From NCBI GenBank assembly GCA_951406725.2, contig OX597828.1, forward strand, positions 71,982,001 to 72,046,000: a stretch of DNA of 64,000 nucleotides. Direction: 5' to 3'. Below the pieces are notes generated by a model. The model was not told the origin of the DNA, did not search any database, and saw only the letters and a program-made list of their open reading frames with translations. The first letter of the stretch is position 1, and every line of letters begins with the position of its first letter. Below are positions 12,870 through 24,486 of the stretch, in pieces. The DNA comes from Octopus vulgaris (taxonomy: Eukaryota). The translations under genes and the position numbers were made by a program.

Positions 12870-13921
12870 CAGAGGTTCTTAACCATTTTTTGTTACCTCT
12901 TTGGACCTCTTTGGCTCCTAGTTTACCCTGCTGGATCCCTATAGCCATTCAGTGTTTAAAAAGGTCCTGTTGTATTTTCAGAATTAAACATTACAAGGAA
13001 TTGTATAAAAAATAATAAACCTTTGGCATTAAGTTGTGCTTGAGGAGAAAACCCACCAGGCCAAACAAAATCACAGGTGTGACATATACCAGTGTTGCAC
13101 AAAGTGGCACCCTTGCTGGTGGCACATAAACACACTCTGGTGTCACGCAAATGGCACCCATGCCAGTGGCATGTAAAAGCACCCTTTACACTCTTGGAGT
13201 AGTTGGCATTAGGAAGGGCATCCAGCCATAGAAACCATGCCAAATCAGAACTGGAGTGTGATGCAGCTCTTCAGTTTACCAGTCTTGGTCAAACTGTCCA
13301 ACCCATGCCAGCATGGACAACAGATGTTAAATGATGATGGTGGTGATTTTATGTGTTGCACAAGTGCAAGCAATCAGTTGGAGATAAATTTTAACACTCT
13401 GGGTCCCTATGGCCCTTGAGGTCATATGATCCTCGAGGTCCCAATGGCCCCTGAGGTCCCCATGGCCCTTGAGGTCATATGACCCTAGAAGTCCATATGA
13501 GCTTTGAGGTCATATAACTCTTGAGGTCCCTATGGCCCTTGTGGTCATATGACCCTTAAGGTCCCTATAGCCCTTGAGGTCATATGACCCTTAAGGTCCC
13601 TATGGCCCTTGTGGTCATATGACCCTTGAGGTCCCTATGGCCCTTGAAGTCCCTATGGCCCTTGAGGTCATATGACCCTTAAGGTCTTTATGGCCCTTGT
13701 GGTCATATGACCTTTAAGGTCCCTATGGCCCTTGTGGTCATATCCCCTTAAGGTCCCTATGGCCCTTGAGGTCATATGACGCTTAAGATCCCTATGGCCC
13801 TTGTGGTCATATTTGCCTTCGAGGTCATATGACCCTTGAGATCTCTATGGCCCTTGAAGTCATATGACCCTTGAAGTCCCTATGACCCTTGAGGTCATAT
13901 GATCCCTATTAAAAACCTCTG
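12870..13921. mobile_element. hAT (Charlie-like) non-autonomous element with a nested RTE fragment and an internal minisatellite
   Basis: TIRs cagaggttcttaac / attaaaaacctctg; flanking 8-mers gtttacag / gtttagaa (6/8 match, TSD-like); related copy at 48757-49708. Confidence 0.6.
13402..13905. repeat. Minisatellite of alternating ~18-19-bp subunits (aggtccctatggcccttg / aggtcatatgacccttg)
   Basis: Directly visible; every second subunit contains the perfect palindrome ggtcatatgacc. Confidence 0.9.
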
Positions 13922-14696
13922 GTTTAGAATGGTGGAATGAAGAGCCATTGTCAATGGCAGTAAATGAATGAAGATGTTTCATGCTTCTGATTCCAACCTG
14001 TCTGAGACTGTTCCTGGTTTTATGACACAAACTTCCCATTTGAAAGGAATTTTAATTAAAACCTTCCATCAAAATGTCATATCGATTTCGATTCCCAACA
14101 CCAAACAAATAACAACAAAGTTACTTTCTAAATTCTTCATATTCTTCAGAATTAATTGCAACAAAGGCAATTAATTTTCCAAACACCAGTTTAATAATGA
14201 CAACATTATTTTACTAAATTCTGCATTTTTCTTCGTTACTTTCCAAATTAATTGCAACGAAGTCAGTGTATTTTAACAGGAATATAATAACGAAAGAGTT
14301 AAGGTGCTTAATATAAAGCCCTTCATTAAAATTTCAAATTAATTTATGTTCCAAACACCAGCTTAATAATGACAAAGTTATTTTACTAAATTCTTGATTA
14401 TTTTCAAAACTAATTAAAACAAAGACTGTGTATTTCAACAGAGATACGGTAACGAATGGGTTAAATGAATGACTGATGGTAAGACCCCTCAGTCAAGATG
14501 AATGTTGAGGTGAGTGAGGCAGAGGCAGAGTGTTTAAATAATGCAACGTAAATTTTGACACCACGTCAAAAATTTTTAAGTGTTTTTGAAAGGCAAATAT
14601 GACTTTCGTGCTGCAATCGTTTTAGTTCCAATATACAGCCTCAGATCAAATCAACTGTCCAGTATGTACACTTCCAGCATACACACACACACACAC

Positions 14697-14731
<35 letters not shown>

Positions 14732-14794
14732 ATTTATTTATAGAAGGAGCTTCTACAGGACTAGAACTGTTTCATTCAAAAGAAATCATCAGGA

Positions 14795-14845
14795 AGCTTC
14801 CTGATGATTTCTTTTGAATGAAACAGTTCTAGTCCTGTAGAAGCT
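14795..14845 (+). ncRNA. Type I hammerhead ribozyme motif (mirror copy on the minus strand at 14748-14798)
   Basis: agcttc-CTGATGA-tttcttttgaat-GAAA-cag ttctagtc ctg-TA-gaagct: stem I 6 bp, stem II ttc/gaa closed by a U-U pair, stem III A-cag/ctg-T, cleavage triplet GUA. Confidence 0.75.
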
Positions 14846-14927
14846 CCTTCTATAAAATAAATTAATTTACTCTGCTATGTATTGAGTACCTTATTTACTG
14901 TGGTTAACCCCGACTCAACCCGGGACC

Positions 14928-15079
<152 letters not shown>

Positions 15080-15208
15080 GGTCCTGGGTTGAGTCGGGGT
15101 TAACCACAGTAAATAAGGTACTCAATACATAGCAGAGTAAATTAATTTATTTTATAGAAGGAGCTTCTACAGGACTAGAACTGTTTCATTCAAAAGAAAT
15201 CATCAGGA

Positions 15209-15259
15209 AGCTTCCTGATGATTTCTTTTGAATGAAACAGTTCTAGTCCTGTAGAAGCT
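15209..15259 (+). ncRNA. Type I hammerhead ribozyme motif, second palindromic pair (minus-strand copy at 15162-15212)
   Basis: Identical to 14795-14845. Confidence 0.72.
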
Positions 15260-15276
15260 CCTTCTATAAAATAAAT

Positions 15277-15311
<35 letters not shown>

Positions 15312-16666
15312 GTGTGTGTGTGTGTGTATGCTGGAAGTGTACATACTGGACAGTTGATTTGATCTGAGGCTGTATATTGGAACTAAAACGATTGCAGCAC
15401 GAAAGTCATATTTGCCTTTCAAAAACACTTAAAAATTTTTGACGTGGTGTCAAAATTTACGTTGCATTATTTAAACACTCTGCCTCTGCCTCACTCACCT
15501 CAACATTCATCTTGACTGAGGGGTCTTACCATCAGTCATTCATTTAACCCATTCGTTACCGTATCTCTGTTGAAATACACAGTCTTTGTTTTAATTAGTT
15601 TTGAAAATAATCAAGAATTTAGTAAAATAACTTTGTCATTATTAAGCTGGTGTTTGGAACATAAATTAATTTGAAATTTTAATGAAGGGCTTTATATTAA
15701 GCACCTTAACTCTTTCGTTATTATATTCCTGTTAAAATACACTGACTTCGTTGCAATTAATTTGGAAAGTAACGAAGAAAAATGCAGAATTTAGTAAAAT
15801 AATGTTGTCATTATTAAACTGGTGTTTGGAAAATTAATTGCCTTTGTTGCAATTAATTCTGAAGAATATGAAGAATTTAGAAAGTAACTTTGTTGTTATT
15901 TGTTTGGTGTTGGGAATCGAAATCGATATGACATTTTGATGGAAGGTTTTAATTAAAATTCCTTTCAAATGGGAAGTTTGTGTCATAAAACCAGGAACAG
16001 TCTCAGACAGGTTGGAATCAGAAGCATGAAACATCTTCATTCATTTACTGCCATTGACAATGGCTCTTCATTCCACCATTCTAAACCAGAGGTTTTTAAC
16101 AGGGGATCATATGACCTCAAGGGTCATAGGGACTTCAAGGGTCATATGACTTCAAGGGCCATAGAGATCTCAAGGGTCATATGACCTCGAAGGCAAATAT
16201 GACCACAAGGGCATATAGGGATCTTAAGCGTCATATGACCTCAAGGGCCATAGGGACCTTAAGGGGATATGACCACAAGGGCCATAGGGACCTTAAAGTT
16301 TCGTAGGAGGAACAAGATAGTATAAGAGGGTGAGGTAGATGAGGAGGAAGTGAGAGAGAGAACATGTGTGTATGTGTATGTGTGTGTGTGTGTGTATGTG
16401 TGTGTGTGTGTGTGTGCGTGTGCGTTTGTATCTGAGGCTAAAGAGAGAAAGGGGGAAAGGGGAAGGGGGAGGGGGAGAGGGAAGAAGAAGAAGGATTTCC
16501 TTTGGCCTGTTGGACCCCCTGGGGAGTTCTAAGAATTTTAGCTCTCTGTCCATTCTGGTGTCACTGAGTGTGTGTTGGTGGGTAGGCTGGTCAGAAATTA
16601 CACCTTTTGTGATTTTGGGGATGGACAAATGTCATATATATATATACATACATATATACATACATG

Positions 16667-16745
<79 letters not shown>

Positions 16746-16973
16746 ATATATGTATGTATATATATATATGACATTTGTCATACGAAACTCTATAAAATGA
16801 CCAAATTCCCCACAAAGGAATTGATTTGATTTGAAAACCCCACTGGAATGGGAGAAAGCGCTAATAATCTGAATGATATGATCTGAATGATATGATATAT
16901 ATATGTAAAAAATGTAATATATAAATAAATATCTATAAATATGAACCATCCGATCTCCTGATTACCTCATTTC

Positions 16974-17035
<62 letters not shown>

Positions 17036-17781
17036 CATATATATATATGTATGTATATATGTATGTATATATATATATATATATACGTTTAAATATTTGT
17101 TGTGCAAGATTTTTTATGTGAAGTCGTGTGTTGAAACAGATATTGTTATATTTCGGAATGGTCATATTGCCAGTTTAGCCAATAAAAACACACGCACTAT
17201 ATATTTGGTGTTATTTTGCTTCAGTGATATTTATTTTTTACATTAATCTTAATCTTATTTCGGCCAAAGTTCTTTCGTCACACTCCTGTGACCGCATCAG
17301 TGGTCCTTTGTTTTCTTCTCACTTACTTGTGTCTCTCCTTACTAACCGTCAGCCATTTTGTATTTCTATTGTATGTCTTCATTTGCGCATGCTTATATCT
17401 CTATGTGCGTCTATGTTTATTTAGTGTGTGTGGGGGGGATGCCTGTAATATTTGTATCTTCTGGTTATATACATTCTTGTAATTTGTATTTTGTTTTTGT
17501 TGTTGTTGCTTTTGTTCTAATTTTGTTCATGTGTTTACATCCACCCATTATTATCATTACATATGCTTGTATGTATGTATAACAACAATATTAGTAATAA
17601 TAATAATAAATCTAATCGAGAAAAAAAAAAAAGAATATACATATACATATATATATATACATACATATACATATACATATACATATATATACATATATAC
17701 ACACATATATACACATATAGATATTCATTTCTATTTCTTTAATTACCTGTGTATTTATTATGTTTGCAGGATCCACTATTG

Positions 17782-18393
17782 TCATATGTTGTGGTGTGCG
17801 CTATTGCTCCATTCTAGTTTTCTATTCAGGCTAGGTTTATTTTCTATTATATGTGTAGCTTCTGTAATTTGTCTAATTGTTGCATCTGTTCTATGTGTGG
17901 ACAATATCTTAATCTCTATGTTATTGATTGATCCCCCGTGTTCTTGTTCGGCGTGTTGGTACAGAATCGATGAGCTTTTACCTTCCTTGAGTTGTCTCCA
18001 ATGTTCATTCACCCGCTCACCAATGCTTCTTGCAGTTTCCCCTACGTATGTTACTGTCTTGTTACTGCATCGTCCCTCTATACATCTTATACTATAGACC
18101 ACATTTCTGGCTTTACAGTTCGTTTGTGGGCTAAATCTACATACAGTGCAATAGTTATCCGTACAGAGAGTTCTACTAAAAGGATAGCTTCTACCAATTA
18201 TAGATCTGATAGGGTTGCCTGGCTTTTCAACAACCTTAATTCTTAGTTTAAGTTTATCTAGGGTCCTTCTAAAGCGGTACGCTAGTTCACCTCCAGGGAT
18301 GGTGTCAACGAACATGACACTCTGGTATTTATGGCTATCATACCAAGAGTTGGCCTTCCCTATTTTCTTTTTGTCCTTTCTATAGTGTTCCAT
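17782..18393 (-). pseudogene. Penelope-like GIY-YIG endonuclease domain
   Basis: VVY...YVGETxR...R..EH and EATHI motifs. Confidence 0.88.
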
Positions 18394-18678
18394 GACTTGT
18401 TCCTATAGAGTGGGCAAATCCCATTCCTATCATTACATAATATATTATCAAATTTCTTCATGGCTCCTTTGTATACTCTGATCCTTTCTTTATGGCTGTA
18501 ACCTGAGAACTGCATGCGGTGAATGAAATACTGTATGTGTCTCTTTAATTCTGTAGGCTCGCACATGCGTGACACATTTCTCATTATTCTGACGAGGTCT
18601 GCCATCAAAATATTGAATTTGGCATTGCCCGCAATGGCTGAGTTCCGGTGGATCAGGTATTTTGAGGCCATAGGTTTT

Positions 18679-19749
18679 TCATAGTGAATGAAGGATTTGG
18701 GTTTTATTTTTCACAATTTCTAGCCAGAGTTCAGTGTCTAGTACTGGTAGTCTATGGTTGGGGTGTTTAGTGGGGTAGTCTATTGTGACCTTAATACTCT
18801 GGTGGATGGAGTTAGCTATTTGCTGGATGCTCTCCATAGTATTAGTTTCTATTACTATATCAACATTACTCTCTTGTGGGGGTGCCTTTACTACTATATT
18901 GATATCATCAACATAGCGAGAGTACATGTTTACGAGTATGGATTTCTGCAGTAGGCATTCTTTAAGCCTTCTGTCCCACCATACCATGAAGAGGTTGGCC
19001 ACATCACCAGCGATACTAACACCGATGGCTGCCCCCACGTCCTGGGCATATATTTTATTATTAAATTTAAATGTGTGGCCTTTTAGGGTAACTCTTATAC
19101 TAGCTCCTAGTGCATGTGCGATCATTTTCTTTACCTGATGGACATTTGCGGGGCTCCGTATGGCTCTGGTCCATCCGCGCCATCTTTCTATATGTGTCTT
19201 CCTAGCCATAGAAGTAATTGTAGGCGGTCTACCTCTTAAACATCTACTGGGGCAGAAACTACTAAGATTATGTTTATCTAAGTATTCACTATTATATGTC
19301 AGTCTAAGTAGGAGGCCCAGTTCTTCTGTGTCGACATTACAGAACTCCACCTGGCTCTCGTTGATCATCTCCACGCACTTCTCCACTGCAAAATCTACGT
19401 CAATCGATGGGTATAGGGATACCACATCCATGCTACCTACTATACATCCTGTCAAGTCACAAGTTTTGTTACAGTCACTGATCCTGCTTAGGAGATCTTC
19501 TGTGCTGTCACACACATCAGGTGACATCCTGATTATAGGGCGTATGATCATTGAGAGGAAGTAGGAGATTCTGTAATTGCTAGCGATATTCGCTCCACAG
19601 ACTGGTCTTGTTGGTGGTCCTGCTATAGGGTCAGTAAAACCTTTATGGTCCTTGCGAAGTCCATACAGTGCCGGGATATCATTGTTCCAGGCTTGGAAAT
19701 TCTTTGCAGTACGTTTCTGAGGTCCCAGAACAATTGTCCACATCATCAT
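18679..19749 (-). pseudogene. Penelope-like reverse transcriptase domain (frameshifted segment)
   Basis: LYGLRKDHK, RPVCGA, SMDVVSLYPSI, GAAIGVSIAGDVANLFM and YVDD motifs. Confidence 0.9.
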
Positions 19750-20976
19750 GTGGGCATTGAGGACCTTTTTCTCTCCTCATGCGCCTGTACAGTTGTTACT
19801 TTTGTATTGGCGATATGAGGTTGCATTGCCTGGATGTAGTTCGGTAAGCTGTCTATTGACATCCTGCCGGACTTATCCGTGGGAAGGCATATCACCTCTC
19901 CGTTCCTCGTGCGCTGAATGAGCTTCTGTAGGCCACATGCAGGTTTAATCCCTAGTTGTTGGGCATCTGTCTTATTCTGTCTCTGTCTCTTAATGTATAA
20001 TCCTAAAATCTGTCTAAGTTTGGTCCTAGCTATAGTGAACTGTGCTTCCATGTGGTCATTAGTACGTCTTGGGATGTATACTCTTTTGTTGAAGGGTAAT
20101 GTTGTTGGATAAATTCGGTTCATGCAGTAAGTTTTGTCGCATACGTTGAAGAATTGAGTGTCAAAGGGATGGGTATACATGTCAATGGTCTCTCTAGGGT
20201 TATCTTCATTATCGTTACTGTTTCCAACATCAGCCTTCCTATTATTATTATCACCATTACCACTACTACTACTACTAGTATTCCTATTACCACCACAACT
20301 ATCACTACTATCCTCATTACTACTTCTACTGTTACCATCACACTACTACTACCACTATTATTGTTATTACCTTTATTCCTACCATTGCCATTATTACTAT
20401 CATCGCTAGTGATATATTCATTGTTCCTGTTTCTGGTATATGTGTTGTTTATATTAGTGTTGGGTTTTATGTCTGTCTGTTGGTCCCTGTCAATCCCCCT
20501 GTTGCGGTCGTTATTTTTGTTCCTATGAGTATTGTTATCTGTTTCAAGTCCGCTGACTCCCTGTCCAAGGATCCTGTTGCATTCAACTTTATTCTCCATC
20601 GTGACCCCTATGACACAACTTTTATTCGTGTCTTTGTGACTATGGCTATCTGTGTGTGTGTTTGTGTGTCGGTTCTCCCTATAATGTTGTTGTTGTTGTT
20701 GCTGTTGTATACGTTATACGCTCATAGAGATATAAGCATGTGCATATGAAGACATACAATAGAAATACAAAATGGCTGACGGTTAGTAAGGAGAGACACA
20801 ATAAGTGAGAAGAAAACAAAGGACCACTGATGCGGTCACAGGAGTGTGACGAAAGAACTTTGGCCGAAATAAGATTAAGATTAATGTAAAAAATAAATAT
20901 CACTGAAGCAAAATAACACCAAATATATAGTGCGTGTGTTTTTATTGGCTAAACTGGCAAATGAATTCCGAAATAT

Positions 20977-21036
<60 letters not shown>

Positions 21037-21599
21037 CAAAAAGGACAAGAACGCCAAACAGCCTGACAACTAGGTGATACAAAATGGGACAACAAAATAT
21101 CCAGATAGACGATACAAAGAAAACAAGGACAGGTCATTCGAAGTTTTCTATCTTCAGTCAAGAACCGGATCATCCTCGCAATTTTGGCTGATTAATCTTG
21201 AGATTGCTCCAATCTGGCCAGCCCCAAGGAAAAACTAAGTTATGAGCATTAGATTCCTTGGAAGAAAGCAGTGAATGTATACAAAAACAAGAACGGAAAA
21301 AACAATGTTACACAAATATAAATACAATAAAAATAATAACAGGACATAACAACAGGTGTCTTTCAACTAAGGACGAATTGAATTAAGCTGGTGTGTGTGG
21401 AAATGAAGCCTTATGGCAGAGATACAATGGTTTCACAGGGAAGAATATCGGTGTTGCACGGATCACGGTCAGACCAAGAAAGAAAGAGCGAGCAGTCTGG
21501 CCAATCGGTCACGTGGGAAGAGAAGTAGAAGCAGAGGAACAAAAGAATTAAGGAGGGGGAAGAGAAGAGAAAGAAGTAGAAGTAGAGAGTATTTTAATC

Positions 21600-22010
21600 T
21601 TTTATTTGTTTCAGTCATTTGACTGCGACCATGCTGGAGCACCGCCTTTTAGCTGATCAAATCGACCCCAGGACTTATTCTTTCTAAGCCTAGTTCTTAT
21701 TCTGTCAATCACTTTTACCAAGCCACTAAGTTACAGGGATGTAAACATATCAGCATTGATTGTCAAGTGATGGGGGGGGACAAACACTGACAAACAATCA
21801 TAGGCACACACACAAACACACATATACATACATATACATATATATATATACGACGGGATTTTTCAGCTTCCGTCTTCCAAATCCACTCACAAGGCTTTGG
21901 TCAGCCCGAGGCTATAGTAGAAGACACTTACTCAAGGTACCATGCAGTGGGACTGAACCCAGAACCATGTGGTTGGGAAGCAAGCTACTTACCACACAGC
22001 CACCCCTGCA
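21600..22010 (-). mobile_element. tRNA-derived SINE of the abundant family with an internal (CA/TA) microsatellite
   Basis: Minus-strand head gtggctgtgtggtaag...ggttcagtcccactgc. Further copies at about 9890-10200, 10785-11000, 32205-32730, 38570-39285, 49245-49590, 49950-50360 and 51085-51355. Confidence 0.8.
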
Positions 22011-22209
22011 CTTATAAACAAACATTTAAATCAGGTCACATATGTCCCAAACATACTTCAACTGATATATATAGAGAGAGAGTGAGAGAAGGAGCCAGTG
22101 AGGTTTTAGTGCACAAATGTGAATATCTGCGTAGATATATATATTTGTGAATGTGCGTGTATATTGTGAGTATGTAGGTGTATATAAATATATTTGTATA
22201 TATACTTAC

Positions 22210-22313
22210 TATATGGTTCACAGAGTGATTCATGATGTAATATTCCGTAGAGGTAGCCAGCCATGACCTCAGTGTGACGAAATCTCGATTCTTTAGAGGT
22301 GAAGGACACCGAA
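22210..22313 (-). CDS. STARD10: STARD10-like coding exon 3 (IRCPSPLKNRDFVTLRSWLATSTEYYIMNHSVNHI)
   Basis: ttccag acceptor; donor ATA|gtaagt; 104 nt, phase 1 to 0; CPxPLKNRDxxTLRSW START signature. Confidence 0.95.
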
Positions 22314-22360
22314 CTGGAAGAAAGACAATCACAATTATATGATGGAGACAAAGACTCATG

Positions 22361-22408
<48 letters not shown>

Positions 22409-23707
22409 CATACATACATTCATACATACATACACACATACATACATACACACATACATATATATACATTCATACATACATACATACACACACATACATA
22501 CATACATACATACATACACACATACACACATACATACATACATACATACATGCATACATACATACATACATACACACATACATACATACATACATACATA
22601 TACACACACATATATACATATATACATTCATACATACAAACATTATGTGTTTGTGTGACTGTATTAAAAAATTCCTTCTGACTCATGCAAGCATGAAAAA
22701 GTGGATGAAAAAACAGATATTTGTATATATTTATATATTATCTATATTATATATATATAAAATGTACTGTTCTGTGATGGTAAGATCAACTAAAAAATAC
22801 TCCATCTGATGAGAGATAAACATTACTCAACAGACACAATCCATGTTTTTATGTGCTACTAATAGTTTCATATGTTGAGGAATACCTGAAACATATTCAT
22901 CAGGCACAAACCACATATCATAACAAACTAAAAATTGAATGAGAGAAGAACTGTGAAAAGTTGATAAGGAAACATAGAAAATATGGAAGGTTAAAAACGG
23001 AAAATGATAAAGTACAAAAAAGTAAAAAGTAAAAAGGTGGAAGAGTTATCCTCCTTACACCTTAAATTGAAAGGCTGAAAGAAATCAACACATTATAGGT
23101 GGAATTTTCCAATTCTTCAAAATGCACTTAGATATATGTTTACAACTGCTGAAAATTTCAGACCTAGAGTTCAGTAGGGATTTTAGATCTAAAAAGGATC
23201 TGAGCTTTTCCAGCTAAATGTAGCCTATATTTATTTGATCCATTAATATAGGTATGGATTTTTCAGTTATTTTCCACTTAATCACATGTGATGTTGCATT
23301 AGATTTCAAATTCCATGTCTGTATGCTGAAGAATTGCTCAATAGCAAAAGATCTTTTCATTCTTGATCTTGTCAAACAGCTTAATATTCATAACTCATTG
23401 CAGCTGTCTCATATTCATGTAACTTGTCTACTTGAGCTTTATAGACCATCCAGGTTTCAGCTTCATACAGCAGGAAAGAAATCACTATGGTCTGCTACAC
23501 TTTACATCTGACTCATATGGAAATGTGGCTGTTTTTCTACAGCCTCTCCTGCAGCCTATCAAATGAAGCACCAGCTCTGCTCGTTCTCTATGGGATTTCC
23601 TGGTCCAGTTGTGCATCATCTGAGATGGAGCTGTCCAGGTATTTGAACACCAAACATACAGAACTAGAATTCACATAAAACGATACAAAACGATGTTGAG
23701 TACTCAC

Positions 23708-23852
23708 TGGCATAATATCCTATATCATTGTTGGGGTTCAAGGCACAAATGTCGTAAGCATCGATCATTGCACGATCCCAGACTTTTCGGTAGTGAGGGT
23801 CATGTATGACATCATATAATACGCTGCCAGCAACGTCAAATGTACTTCGCAC
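23708..23852 (-). CDS. STARD10: STARD10-like coding exon 2 ([48 protein letters not shown])
   Basis: Polypyrimidine tract + ttgcag acceptor; donor A|gtgagt; 145 nt, phase 0 to 1; LYDVxHDxxYRKxWD and NxDIGYY motifs typical of STARD10. Confidence 0.93.
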
Positions 23853-23966
23853 CTGCAAGAAAAGGAAGAAAAAAAAAAGTTATCATCAGAATTTATGATT
23901 AAAATACTGCTGAGCATTTCACCTGGAGTGTTAACGAATCTGCCAGCTCGCCACCTTAATAATAAC

Positions 23967-24005
<39 letters not shown>

Positions 24006-24434
24006 TGCTCATATCCTATGCAAAATACTCTCTATGTAATCTCAAGGTTTAAAACAAACATTTGTTTTTTTTAGACACCCACTAGTACAACACAAAAAAC
24101 AACCAAATATATGGCACACTAGGCATAACAACAACGTGAACTTCCAACCTGTTGTCTCTTGAGGTCTCCGGGTGAGACTTGGAGCCAACTTGTACAAATA
24201 TAAAGCAAAAGTCAAACATATAATAATAATAATCCTTTCTACTAAAGGCACATGGCCAGAAATTAGAGAGGAGGGGACAAGTTGATTACATCAACTCCAG
24301 TGTTTCACTGGTACTTATTTTATTGATCCCTGCCTCCTCCCACCAAAAGGATGAAAGGCAAAGTCAACTCTCATCTGAACTCAGAATGTAAAGACAGATG
24401 AAATAACCACAGAAACGTTTTGCCCAGTGTGCTA

Positions 24435-24485
<51 letters not shown>

Positions 24486-24486
24486 T

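Larger units (their letters stand above)
17086..20983 (-). mobile_element. Penelope-like retroelement (RT + C-terminal GIY-YIG endonuclease), near full length, frameshifted, with inverted pseudo-LTRs, inserted in (TA)n
   Basis: Consecutive minus-strand ORFs 20120-20599, 19746-20180, 18679-19749 (SMDVVSLYPSI, RYVDDI, LPVLD), 18360-18671 and 17782-18393 (CxxxxCxxC linker, NVVYSIRC..YVGETARSIGERVNEH); 17141-17405 is the reverse complement of 20723-20983. Confidence 0.92.

Noticed and set aside
21035-21560. Dispersed-repeat-like segment next to the Penelope element with CTGAAGA on the minus strand
   Set aside because: Probably another repeat terminus, but the GAAA box and stems could not be assembled convincingly and the family could not be assigned.
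22800-22850. CTGATGA followed by a gag/ctc stem
   Set aside because: No GAAA box and no stem I or III, so not a hammerhead.
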